IMG/VR virus record: IMGVR_UViG_3300024346_000006
Strand: one strand, 5' to 3'
Length of the DNA: 64,000 bases
From: a virus
Taxonomy: Duplodnaviria > Caudoviricetes
In this document: in pieces, positions 1-9,473 of the stretch
Layout: every line of letters starts with the position of its first letter
How positions within the stretch are numbered: position 1 is the first letter of the stretch
The notes under the pieces: model-generated
The model's database searches: none
What the model was told of the DNA's origin: nothing
What the model saw: only the letters and a program-made list of their open reading frames with translations
Translations under genes and position numbers: made by a program

Positions 1-645
1 TAAGAATGCATGATATTCACTATCTGGAAGTCCAAGAGTATCATTGAGCAAAGCATATGCACGTTGGTGGATTCCTTCTCTTGTTGCAAACGAACCCAAC
101 ATGTTGCGAACTTCGTTATTTTTAAATTTTGGAATAAAATGTTCAAAATAATTTTTACCAACCTCAACATCAGATTGTGTAAAAAGTCTTAAAATGTTTG
201 TAATATAATCTTTTTCAACTTCTGTAACTCTACCAGTTTTCCAATCAGTCACATCTTCAGAAAGATCAACTTCATCCTCAATCCAGTGAGCCTTTTCGTG
301 TCTAGTAGTAATCTCTACTGCCCATGGATAAAAAAATGGTTTGTACGCAATAGATGGTTTCATCAATCCACCAGACAATTTTTTCATCATCTTTTCTGCG
401 TTATTCATCAAATCATCATAACCACCAAGACGTTTTCCATCCACAAAAATTTGTGGCATAGAATTTACAGGTCTCGCAGAATGTGCAATAGTTTCCTTTA
501 CACCATTTAATCTTTGGTAAAATTGCAAACGCTGTTCTTCATCATCTAAAACAATTTCTGAAAAACTAATACCATGGTCATCAAACCAACTTTTTGCCTT
601 TACACAAAAGGGACACCCCGATTTTGAATATAACTGAACTTCCAT
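1..645 (-). CDS. nrdB: Glutaredoxin-ribonucleotide reductase class I beta subunit fusion (5' part; truncated at window edge; absent from ORF track)
   Basis: Manual translation from ATG at 645: MEVQLYSKSGCPFCVKAK...MPQIFVDGKRLGGYDDL (Grx, CPFC) runs in frame into YKPFFYPWA...HEKAHWIEDEV...FTQSDVEVG...EGIHQRAY (NrdB); no stop down to base 1. Confidence 0.93.
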   Translation of the reverse strand, partial: MEVQLYSKSGCPFCVKAKSWFDDHGISFSEIVLDDEEQRLQFYQRLNGVKETIAHSARPVNSMPQIFVDGKRLGGYDDLMNNAEKMMKKLSGGLMKPSIAYKPFFYPWAVEITTRHEKAHWIEDEVDLSEDVTDWKTGRVTEVEKDYITNILRLFTQSDVEVGKNYFEHFIPKFKNNEVRNMLGSFATREGIHQRAYALLNDTLGLPDSEYHAFL

Positions 646-656
646 AATTATCCTCT

Positions 657-2417
657 TTATCCTTGACATGCAAGACATTCATCTTGCGAATCTTCTGTTG
701 TTTGTTGTACGGCAAAATCTTTTAATGCATCTCTCTCAATTTTTTGTGCAACATTTTCTGCACGATTCGATGTTTCGGTTCTCAAATAATAAAGTCCCTT
801 ACACCCCTGTTTCCATGCCTCATAATGAATTTTATGTAGGTATGCCTTTGTTGCGCCGGCGGGGAAGAATACATTCAATGACTGTCCTTGACAGAGATAT
901 TTTTGTCTGTCTCCAGCAAGTTCAATCACTTTTAGTTGGTCTATTTCAATTGCAGTCTTAAATACATTTTTAATATGTTCATCCAAATTTAAATGTTGGA
1001 CGGAACCACCATTTGTAATAATAGAAGACCAAATCTCATCTGTATTCATACCAACTTTTTCAAGTTCTTCTTCCAAATAAGAATTTTTAATCAAATGAGA
1101 ACCAGCTCTAGTTCTATGAGTATATGCATTTGCCTTAGATGGTTCAATTGAAGGTGAAGTTCCTGCAATAATAGAACTATTCGCATTTGGTGCAATGGCG
1201 AGAAGATGAGAATTTCTCACACCATATCCCTTCATATCTGGGCATTCGCCCTTTTCAATCGCAATTTCTTTAGTAGATTCCACAGCATGTTCTTTGATTC
1301 TTTTGAACATCTCTTCATTTATAATTTTTGCATCTTCTGATTCAAAAGGAACTCTATGTTTATGTAAATATGAATGGAATCCCATTGCACCTAGTCCAAG
1401 CGATCTTTCCTGTTCTGCAGAATATTTTGCTCTACTAATTTCATCTGGTGCATTATCAATAAAATATTGAAGAACATTGTCTAAAAATTTAATTAAGTCT
1501 TTCACCAAAGACGTATCTTTCCACTCATCATATAATTCTAAATTCAGTGAAGAGAGACAACACACAGCAGTTCTGTCATCCGATGTTGGTAAATGGATTT
1601 CATTACAAAGATTTGAACCATGGATTTGTAAACCCTTATCTTTCATAGGAGATGGTAATGCACGATTTGCCGTATCGATAAAGTTTAAATAGGGTTCTCC
1701 TGTTCTATATCTAACTTCTAATATTTGTTCCCAAAGTTTACGGGCTGATGTTGTCTCTCTTACTGATTTGTCAGCAGGGTCAATAAGATCCCATTTTTCA
1801 TTATCTTTCACTGCCCTCATAAAATTATCTGTAATATTAACTGCATGATGAATATTAAAACATTTTCTATTCGCATCTCCTGTCGGCACACGAATGTTAA
1901 GAAACTCTATAATATCTGGGTGATCGATGTCAATATAAGCGGCATAAGAACCCTTACGAGTGCGACCCTGACGATATGCAGTCATATCCGCATCAACAGT
2001 CCTAAGAAAAGGAATAGGGCCTGGCGCCTTATTAGAAACCGACCTAACATGCGACCAGTGTCCTCCGACACCACCACCTTTGACTGACAACCATCTTAAT
2101 TCAGATGAATGGTCAATAAGTCCCTCTAGGGTATCTGGCACATATGCCAAGAAACACGAAATGGGCAACGCCTTAGCCTTCTCTCTGTATTTTGGAGCGT
2201 TTGACAATACTGGAGAAGAATACATGAACCACCCTCTAGACACTGCATCATAAATCGACTGGGCGAGTTTTTTATCGCCGTAACTATACGCAATTGCAGC
2301 TCTAGCAAAAGCGTCTTGTGGGGATTTTTCTTCTTCTGTGCAGTAGTAGTCTTTTAATAATTTTAGGGATTGTTCGGAAAAGTTGGCATCTCGTTCATAA
2401 TCGATTTTTATTTTCAT
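657..2417 (-). CDS. nrdA: Ribonucleotide reductase class I alpha subunit
   Basis: 586 aa; SSPVLSN, CFL, GSNLCNEI catalytic motif, LAIAPNANSS, KGLYYLRT, C-terminal CLAC. Confidence 0.96.
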   Translation of the reverse strand: MKIKIDYERDANFSEQSLKLLKDYYCTEEEKSPQDAFARAAIAYSYGDKKLAQSIYDAVSRGWFMYSSPVLSNAPKYREKAKALPISCFLAYVPDTLEGLIDHSSELRWLSVKGGGVGGHWSHVRSVSNKAPGPIPFLRTVDADMTAYRQGRTRKGSYAAYIDIDHPDIIEFLNIRVPTGDANRKCFNIHHAVNITDNFMRAVKDNEKWDLIDPADKSVRETTSARKLWEQILEVRYRTGEPYLNFIDTANRALPSPMKDKGLQIHGSNLCNEIHLPTSDDRTAVCCLSSLNLELYDEWKDTSLVKDLIKFLDNVLQYFIDNAPDEISRAKYSAEQERSLGLGAMGFHSYLHKHRVPFESEDAKIINEEMFKRIKEHAVESTKEIAIEKGECPDMKGYGVRNSHLLAIAPNANSSIIAGTSPSIEPSKANAYTHRTRAGSHLIKNSYLEEELEKVGMNTDEIWSSIITNGGSVQHLNLDEHIKNVFKTAIEIDQLKVIELAGDRQKYLCQGQSLNVFFPAGATKAYLHKIHYEAWKQGCKGLYYLRTETSNRAENVAQKIERDALKDFAVQQTTEDSQDECLACQG

Positions 2418-2433
2418 TTTTTTCCTCTTTGTC

Positions 2434-3447
2434 CTAACATTTTTTCCACTGAGAATATCTTAATTTTGCTTCAAGATCATCAACGGTATTTTTACTTATA
2501 ATGTCCATTAATTCTAAAGTGTCTATTCCAGAGAGAATAATGTCATTAATATCTTTTTCTTTAATTTTTTCTGGCCACAGTACAACCTTAAAACCATCGT
2601 TGATAATATTTAACAGTTTATCCGCAATTTGTTGATTTCTTGGTTCGTTGTCAAGGATAAAGACTACATCAGAAAAGTCACTGAAATATGATTTATCTAT
2701 ATCACTTCCTGCCATGGCAAGTGTGTTTTCTACAAATAGAGAGTCTAATGGCCCCTCTACTATATAGACTGTTTTTTCTGGGTCAACACGTTCCAACCCA
2801 TAAATTTTTGGTACTTCTTTGATTTTTATTGTTATATATCTCATCGAAGAATTTGGATTGAGACTTCTACCTTGTAAGGCAATCAACTCACATTTTTCAT
2901 TGAAGAAAGGTATAACAATTCTTTTATCAAACTTCTGAAGATTATATCCTTCTTTACTAACTTTGTCAACAATTGATTTGAAGTCATCTGTATAGTATAA
3001 TAATTCTTGATTTGGTAATTTTCTTTCATCACAATACTTTTTTGCTGGATGTGATTGGTGTAAGTCAGAAACTTTCTCTCCATAATCAAAAGAACACTTG
3101 GTTTTAAAGGTAGGAGTAAAGTCAAATTTATAGTCTACATCTTTTTCAAAGTTACCTTTAGTTTTACCACTCTGCCCGTCTTTCCATTTTTCAATCGCAT
3201 ACTCTTCATATAAAGATGGATTTACCTCTTTCATAAACTGTGCAAGGCCCATACTCGCACCACAATTGTGACACATGTATCTGAAGTTATTTTTCTTCTC
3301 GTAGAGAAATCCCCTCATCTTATAAGTTTTCTTTTTAGAGTCACCACAAATAGGACACCTAAAGTTATACAAGGTGTCTCTCTTTTTGGTAAAACCTTCT
3401 AATTGTGGGGAAAGCCTTTGGATAAAGGTTCGGTCAATGTAAAGCAT
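2434..3447 (-). CDS. gp61: DNA primase (T4 gp61-like)
   Basis: Zn finger NFRCPICGDS...CHNC, TOPRIM VEGPLDS and LDNEPRN, KDINDII. Confidence 0.95.
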   Translation of the reverse strand: MLYIDRTFIQRLSPQLEGFTKKRDTLYNFRCPICGDSKKKTYKMRGFLYEKKNNFRYMCHNCGASMGLAQFMKEVNPSLYEEYAIEKWKDGQSGKTKGNFEKDVDYKFDFTPTFKTKCSFDYGEKVSDLHQSHPAKKYCDERKLPNQELLYYTDDFKSIVDKVSKEGYNLQKFDKRIVIPFFNEKCELIALQGRSLNPNSSMRYITIKIKEVPKIYGLERVDPEKTVYIVEGPLDSLFVENTLAMAGSDIDKSYFSDFSDVVFILDNEPRNQQIADKLLNIINDGFKVVLWPEKIKEKDINDIILSGIDTLELMDIISKNTVDDLEAKLRYSQWKKC

Positions 3448-3485
3448 TAATCATTCCAAAATAAAAAAAAATAGTGTAGTTTTGT

Positions 3486-3514
3486 ATACTACACTATTCT
3501 GAGCGGTAAGTCAA
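3486..3514 (-). promoter_or_regulatory. sigma70-type (early) promoter upstream of primase
   Basis: Minus strand TTGACT-17 nt-TAGTAT in the intergenic gap. Confidence 0.7.
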
Positions 3515-3522
3515 GTAGTTTT

Positions 3523-3813
3523 TTAACCCATCATATATATGTTGGCAACGATAGATGAGACTGCTGCAGCGAAAATAACCCAAAAGGCCTTTTGAAAAAT
3601 TGCAGTTGTTCTAGAATTTTCTTCTACTTTAAGTGTCAATGTGTCTAGTTTTTCAGAAAAACGATTTAGTCTCTCATACTGATGGGAATACTTTGCTTCC
3701 ATTGCTACCAGCTTTTCTTCTGCTCTAGCAATAGAAATCATCGCTTCGGACAACTTATCAATTTTTTCTTCAATTCTATCCAGTCTGTTTGCGGCTACAG
3801 TTTCTTGTACCAT
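3523..3813 (-). CDS. Coiled-coil protein with C-terminal TM helix (XhlA/holin-like)
   Basis: RLDRIEEKIDKLSE coiled coil, then hydrophobic FWVIFAAAVSSIVANIYMM; directly downstream of spanin pair. Confidence 0.5.
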   Translation of the reverse strand: MVQETVAANRLDRIEEKIDKLSEAMISIARAEEKLVAMEAKYSHQYERLNRFSEKLDTLTLKVEENSRTTAIFQKAFWVIFAAAVSSIVANIYMMG

Positions 3814-3841
3814 TTTTATTAAACCCTAAAAATTATTACTT

Positions 3842-4195
3842 CTATTTATTATTTTCATAATATTCTTTATATTCTATAATTATTATTCTTTGTTCTCCGA
3901 TATATCTCTTCATATCGTTTACAACCAATGATAAATTCTTATAAGATTCTTCATCGACTGCGAACAAGGCAACACTTTTACCACCTTCTCTAAGTTTTTT
4001 TATTACATCTTCATAATTTTCTGGGGTCACAACTAAAAATTCAAAATCTACCCAATTTACAGGTTTTGGCATAGGAAGATTCAATGGAACCTTTTCTGTA
4101 AAAACCTGTTCTGTAACAACAACCTCTTTTGGCGTAAAGACAGAACATCCCGCCAATAAAAAAATCGAAGACATTAGTATATATTTATTCATCAT
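3842..4195 (-). CDS. Outer-membrane lipoprotein, o-spanin (Rz1-like)
   Basis: Signal peptide with lipobox LLAG-C at residue 17; Pro-rich PLNLPMPKP; overlaps upstream i-spanin-like gene by 4 nt. Confidence 0.7.
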   Translation of the reverse strand: MMNKYILMSSIFLLAGCSVFTPKEVVVTEQVFTEKVPLNLPMPKPVNWVDFEFLVVTPENYEDVIKKLREGGKSVALFAVDEESYKNLSLVVNDMKRYIGEQRIIIIEYKEYYENNK

Positions 4196-4596
4196 TCATT
4201 TTCCACTACAACGTCTGAAGTCAATTCTTCTATTCCTGCCCTTAAACTATTTTGAATGTCTTTATTAATTATTCGTTCTACTAGTCCAGGCTTGTTCTCA
4301 GCAAGATAACCAATGTCGTGTTTTGATAATTTGTTTCGTAGAACATCAACTTCATTATTTAATTTTCTACTTTCTTCCGTTACTCTATTATTTGCTTCTC
4401 TGACTTCTACAATTTCTTCATTCAATCTATTAATTTCTCGATCTTTCGAATTTACAGCTGTCTCTAACAATACATTATTTTTAGCTAGTCTGTCAACATC
4501 TTTCTGTAAGTTTTTTACATACAAGTAACCACCACCAGCAACCGATAGTAGTACTAATACAAGTGCAATCTTTGCTCCACTGAAAATGCCCATCAT
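4192..4596 (-). CDS. Inner-membrane i-spanin (Rz-like)
   Basis: N-terminal TM (IALVLVLLSVAGGGYLYV) followed by a long periplasmic-type coiled coil; paired with lipoprotein gene. Confidence 0.7.
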   Translation of the reverse strand: MMGIFSGAKIALVLVLLSVAGGGYLYVKNLQKDVDRLAKNNVLLETAVNSKDREINRLNEEIVEVREANNRVTEESRKLNNEVDVLRNKLSKHDIGYLAENKPGLVERIINKDIQNSLRAGIEELTSDVVVENE

Positions 4597-5498
4597 AAAT
4601 CTCTGTGTAAAATTATCATTGTTCCGTGTTGTTGATCTTGCAAAACTATTCTCTTATTTGGGTTTGATTTTATGTATTTTCTAATATCAACAGCATCATC
4701 TTTTTCGATGAAGTTCTCCCATCTACCATACTTCTTTTTACCTCTCATAAATTTGTTAAAAGAATCTGGTTTTACCTTGAATATTTTCATTCCAGCAAAT
4801 TGATATGGATCTTGAATAAATCCACCAATGTTGGAAGAATCACCTACTACATTTGCAATATCCTCAACAACAAATTCTTCCGCTATTTCTGGATATGTTT
4901 GTTTCATGATCTTTGCAAGAGTTCTTCCATCTACTCCAGAATATGTTTTTGCAATCTGGTCAGAATAATAATTAATACTGTGTCTTAGACCTCTTATACC
5001 ACCTTCTTTTTTCTTTCTCTGCAAAACTTTTAACAAAGTATCAAGAGCATGGTCGTATACTTTCTTTTTACCAGTTTTTGATTTAATGACATTTATTACG
5101 TCATTAGACCACATTTCATTTAGAAGTTCAGACTCTTTGTTATGGTATTCTTCTTCTAAAATATTAATATAATCTAACAATGCAACTTCCAGTAGTTGCA
5201 GGTCGTCTTCTTTTAAATTTTCTTTATTCTCTTTAAGAAGTGCCATTGCAGCTGCATAAGTTGCAATTCTAGATCTACCGCCTGGAAACTTTTCTAAAAT
5301 TCTTTTGAGGTTAAAAATAATCTTATGAAAAACTGTGAAAGATTTTTTTTCTGCGTCTGTTTTCAGTTCATTAGTTTTTTTTAACTTATTCCCTTTATCA
5401 TCAATAACACCATTCTTAAACGCCTCAGTGTCGCTCCAAGGAGTTGTTAGAATTTTAATAAACTGATATGCAAGGTAGGCATTAAATACTGATGCCAT
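4593..5498 (-). CDS. Hypothetical T4-like protein, probable head/internal protein, modular
   Basis: 301 aa ORF; internal LLNE and FVVE sites flank a central module. Confidence 0.6.
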   Translation of the reverse strand: MASVFNAYLAYQFIKILTTPWSDTEAFKNGVIDDKGNKLKKTNELKTDAEKKSFTVFHKIIFNLKRILEKFPGGRSRIATYAAAMALLKENKENLKEDDLQLLEVALLDYINILEEEYHNKESELLNEMWSNDVINVIKSKTGKKKVYDHALDTLLKVLQRKKKEGGIRGLRHSINYYSDQIAKTYSGVDGRTLAKIMKQTYPEIAEEFVVEDIANVVGDSSNIGGFIQDPYQFAGMKIFKVKPDSFNKFMRGKKKYGRWENFIEKDDAVDIRKYIKSNPNKRIVLQDQQHGTMIILHRDL

Positions 5499-5893
5499 TA
5501 TATCTCTCCTAGAATTTGTACTATGTGGCTATCTCTTCCAATCATACTACTATCAATAGTCTTACCATTAACTCCTTCAATTTTATTTGGCAATCTATTT
5601 AAAAAGTCCAAAAAAGTTGCAAGAATATAATGTTGTTCTTCATCAATTTTCAAAAACAAAACTCTATTACAAGGCAATGTATTTAATACATTTAGTAATA
5701 CTACTAAATGATTTATTATCAACCTTTCCTTCAAAACGCCTTTAGTATGATACTTATGGAAAAGTCTTTTGACATATTTTATTCTTTTCATGTCATCAAG
5801 AAACTCTTCCATATTATGACATTGAGGATTGTCATAATGTTTCATTTGATAATTGGCTACAGTTGTCTCCGTCAAATTTTCAAAATTTTCCAT
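5498..5893 (-). CDS. Conserved hypothetical protein of marine T4-like phages
   Basis: 131 aa; YDNPQC...EEFLDDMKRIKYVKRL...LKERLIINH pattern recalled from T4-like phages. Confidence 0.6.
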   Translation of the reverse strand: MENFENLTETTVANYQMKHYDNPQCHNMEEFLDDMKRIKYVKRLFHKYHTKGVLKERLIINHLVVLLNVLNTLPCNRVLFLKIDEEQHYILATFLDFLNRLPNKIEGVNGKTIDSSMIGRDSHIVQILGEI

Positions 5894-5914
5894 GTTATAT
5901 TTCTTTTTATTTTA

Positions 5915-6277
5915 TTATTGTGGTAAAACCTCTGTCAATTCAGTGATCAAATCTTCTTTCTTTTTTCTTCTGTCCAACTCAAGTCCATGGTCTCTACCAA
6001 GGGACTCTAATTCGATTTTAGTTAAATCACTTAATTCAACAGGCCGGTCTGATTCCTCAGAATCAGATTCTTCAGAACCAGATTCTGGTGTTTCAACAAC
6101 CTCTACATTTTTCTTCGCAGAAGATTTTTTCTTTGGTGGAGCAAGTTCATCAATCTTATCTTTTAATCCATTGATTTTTTTGTATACTTCACCAGTATTT
6201 TCGTTTTCCCATCCACGATTGGTTGCTACTGCATTTTTCATCCACTTCGCTGGGGTTGCCCATTTAGGTAATGACAT
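5915..6277 (-). CDS. Hypothetical protein with C-terminal Rho-N/HeH-like helical domain
   Basis: C-terminal LSDLTKIELESLGRDHGLELDRRKKKEDLITEL after an acidic/Ser linker. Confidence 0.55.
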   Translation of the reverse strand: MSLPKWATPAKWMKNAVATNRGWENENTGEVYKKINGLKDKIDELAPPKKKSSAKKNVEVVETPESGSEESDSEESDRPVELSDLTKIELESLGRDHGLELDRRKKKEDLITELTEVLPQ

Positions 6278-6289
6278 TTAAGTTCTCCT

Positions 6290-9200
6290 CTATTTTATAT
6301 AACTTGCAATTTTTTTGGCTCTGGGTTTATTACCGTATTTTTCCATCGCCATTTGTTCTACTTCTTTTTTAACTTGGTTCGTATTATATTTAGGGTTCAT
6401 TTCTCTAACGATTTCTTCCATTTCCTTTGCATCTTTTTTATCGGAATTTTCAATGATTATATTGATTTCGTTAATCTCTTCCCTTTTCATAATTTTATAT
6501 GCAAGATCAACTAACTTAGGCAATGGAAGTTTTTCCATCTTAGACTTATTAGAGTCGTTGACCTTATCGTATATTTGAACAACTGCAGATGCAGTAAACA
6601 AATCAACGATAGTCCCTTTAATTTTCTTTGCCTGTTTGTTATCAACGATATCTCTCATATCATCAATAATAGACTCTGCAAAAAGTTCGGCCTCTTCTTT
6701 TAGTCCAAGTTTTTTTGCAAGGTCTGCGGCATCTTTGCCCATTCCATAAGAGTTGTCTTTGATTCTCTGTTTAAACCAATTTTTAATTACTGGACGAGCA
6801 TCACCCTTTGGATTTTTCTTACCAGCATCCGCAAGATCGTCAAACAATTCATCGTCACCCAAAAGACTATAAAGTACCTCTGTTGCATCATCTCCCTCTT
6901 TTCCGAGAGTAATTGGTTTAGACATCAATTTCTTTAATGCAGTCACTTCGGATGACTTGTCAGCAAATGCCCAAGTACCTTCTTGCAAATCTTCATTTGT
7001 TAATTGGATTGCTTTGGAAATTGCAGGATCATCAGAAAGTCCTTTTGCAATCTTTTCAATTGTTCCGATAATCTGTGTCATATTACCACCCTTCCAACGA
7101 GGGTCATTAAGAACACCAAATGCCATCTTGTACTGTTTCGTAGAATACTTTTTCTCACTAATAGTTTCTAATTCTTCGAAAATTCTTGCTGCCTGTCCAA
7201 GAGATATAGTGTTAATCGCACCCATATCATCTAAAGTTCTAAACTTAATACTTGTTCTGTCTAGTTGTAGTTCGACATCATAAACTTTTCCGTTTTTACC
7301 ACGAATACTATAGATAATTCCATTTTTCATTTTTGGGCTACTACCCTTAATTTTTGGAGCACGTTCTGTAATTTCTTCTTTTATATCTACAGGCGAAACT
7401 GCCATATCTCCGAAAGCCATTGTAACTCCTCCATCTCTTTTGTACAAATATCTTTTAGCACTAGTAGGACTATCTTTTCTTGCCAGAGTAATTTTTTCTA
7501 CTGTGCCGTTACGAACCATGTTCTTAGACTTGACAATATACTCAATAAAATCTTTACCCTTCTCTAACGCAGAGTCATGTTTGATTTTAACAGTAGAACC
7601 CTTTTTTAGTTTATCAAAAACTCTAAGTAACTTAGGGTCGTTCATCTTCATACCTTCAACCATTTCTGCCTTTGAAGACGCCTCTTGGACTTCTTCCTGT
7701 TTATGTTTTGCTCTGATTGTTGCAAGAAGTTCTTCACCCATTCTCTTACCCTGAGATGCACTAACATTAGTTGGAAACTTATCCATATTTGATGGTAAAG
7801 GCCTTCCAATCATTTTTTCGGATTCTTTTTGGCTCTGTGGTTTTGTAAGAGTAACAATCTTTAGAGTATTCTTATTCTTGATCGACATAGGCGGCAGTTC
7901 TGCAGAAGCTCTAGACTGTTTAACACCCTTTTCGCTAGATGCCATCGCAACAACTTTGTTACCGTTTGCAGTATCAATCAGTGCATGGGTGTTTTTCATT
8001 GCTTCATTCATTTCTGGGGTTTCGTGAGAATATCCTAGTTTTTTCATGCGTTCATGATCTTCTGGTTTTTCTGCTTTGTAACCTTTACCTGTCTTTGGAT
8101 CATACATCATATGTGGTTTGAATTCGCCTTCACCAAGTTCTACTTCTTCTTTGTACATGTTCAGTTCATATCTCTTGTTGTCAAGATTTGCAACTTGAAT
8201 TTGTACACCTCTAGATTTACCCTTCTTATCAGTACCCATCAAACGATACGAATTAGTTTTTCCATTAGATGGTTTTTTAGGGCCCATAGCAACTTTATCG
8301 TCAATTTCATCTGGGTCGATTTCAATTCCAAGTTTTTTCTTTGCATGGTCATATGCATGTTTCATTGCACTAGAAAAGTCTTTGTGATATAACTCGTAAC
8401 CAGTCGCAGACTTTGCTTCATCGAACCGCATTGAGTGTTGCCCAGTACTTCGAACCTTCTCTGCATCCTTCATAGTCTTGTAAGGTTTACCTTGGTTTAC
8501 AAATTTACCCTTAGTCATAACCTGTACTTGGAAACCTTTGTTTGGGAGTTTATCAACACCCAACTCTTTACGAATTTTGTCTTGTGCTTTGTTACCCAAA
8601 TCAATGATACGAACCGTACCTTCTTTAGATGCTTCATCAAGATCTTCTCCAACAAGTCTTTTTGCATACGCATTAAACGACTTTTGATCTTCTACAGAGT
8701 CTTTACCTTTACCTAGACCTTGGAAAATTTCTCTCCATGCCTTTCCGTCATTCGTCTTTTTGAAGTATGCCTGCAGTTTAGCAGCAGTTTTTTTGTCAAC
8801 ATTTATAATTTCTTTATCATCATAAGATAGACTCCCAATTGCATGTTTACCAGCTCTAACTTCCCAACGTTCTTCTAAAATTTTATTAAAAATTTCTTCG
8901 GTGGTGATATCTTCTTTTCTATATCCAAGTTTCTTCAATTTCTCTTTAAATGCAGATTGTCTACCATCAAATTGCTTTTCGTTAGAAAGGTCTTTTTTAC
9001 CTTGATCTTTATACATCAATTTCTGGAGTTTTTCTTTAAAGGCCTTTGTTCTACCATCCAATTCTTGTTTTTTAATTTCGATAGAATCTTTTACAGCGTT
9101 TTCTAAATTTCCCCTGTCGTTACACATATCACATCCTTTACCTTCACACTTAACGCAAGGCATCTTTCCTTCTTTTACCGCCTTCGCAACTTTGTCAGAA

Positions 9201-9445
9201 ATAGTGACAGGATACTCCTTATCGCCGAATTTAAATTTTGTCTTGCCTGCTGATTTCGCAGCACTAGCAGCACCAATAAAGTCAGCAACATCTTCTTCTC
9301 TTACTTTTTTTGCAACATCCTTACTGATAGTGACAGGATACTCTTTATCGCCAAGTTTAAATTTTTTCTCACCAGCGGCCTGCGCTGCAGACGCTGCACC
9401 AATAAAGGCGGCAATGTCTTCAATTGTCATATTCTTTTTAAACAT
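6290..9445 (-). CDS. Large mosaic protein; probable internal-head polyprotein processed at [LIVMF]xE sites
   Basis: 1051 aa, K/E-rich; ~14 short modules separated by motifs such as EDLDE|A, EMNE|A, EEVQE|A, EEITE|R, EDLQE|G; late-promoter-like GATAAATA just upstream (~9468-9475). Confidence 0.7.
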   Translation of the reverse strand: MFKKNMTIEDIAAFIGAASAAQAAGEKKFKLGDKEYPVTISKDVAKKVREEDVADFIGAASAAKSAGKTKFKFGDKEYPVTISDKVAKAVKEGKMPCVKCEGKGCDMCNDRGNLENAVKDSIEIKKQELDGRTKAFKEKLQKLMYKDQGKKDLSNEKQFDGRQSAFKEKLKKLGYRKEDITTEEIFNKILEERWEVRAGKHAIGSLSYDDKEIINVDKKTAAKLQAYFKKTNDGKAWREIFQGLGKGKDSVEDQKSFNAYAKRLVGEDLDEASKEGTVRIIDLGNKAQDKIRKELGVDKLPNKGFQVQVMTKGKFVNQGKPYKTMKDAEKVRSTGQHSMRFDEAKSATGYELYHKDFSSAMKHAYDHAKKKLGIEIDPDEIDDKVAMGPKKPSNGKTNSYRLMGTDKKGKSRGVQIQVANLDNKRYELNMYKEEVELGEGEFKPHMMYDPKTGKGYKAEKPEDHERMKKLGYSHETPEMNEAMKNTHALIDTANGNKVVAMASSEKGVKQSRASAELPPMSIKNKNTLKIVTLTKPQSQKESEKMIGRPLPSNMDKFPTNVSASQGKRMGEELLATIRAKHKQEEVQEASSKAEMVEGMKMNDPKLLRVFDKLKKGSTVKIKHDSALEKGKDFIEYIVKSKNMVRNGTVEKITLARKDSPTSAKRYLYKRDGGVTMAFGDMAVSPVDIKEEITERAPKIKGSSPKMKNGIIYSIRGKNGKVYDVELQLDRTSIKFRTLDDMGAINTISLGQAARIFEELETISEKKYSTKQYKMAFGVLNDPRWKGGNMTQIIGTIEKIAKGLSDDPAISKAIQLTNEDLQEGTWAFADKSSEVTALKKLMSKPITLGKEGDDATEVLYSLLGDDELFDDLADAGKKNPKGDARPVIKNWFKQRIKDNSYGMGKDAADLAKKLGLKEEAELFAESIIDDMRDIVDNKQAKKIKGTIVDLFTASAVVQIYDKVNDSNKSKMEKLPLPKLVDLAYKIMKREEINEINIIIENSDKKDAKEMEEIVREMNPKYNTNQVKKEVEQMAMEKYGNKPRAKKIASYIK

Positions 9446-9473
9446 GAAAAATCTCCGTTTTTTTACTATTTAT

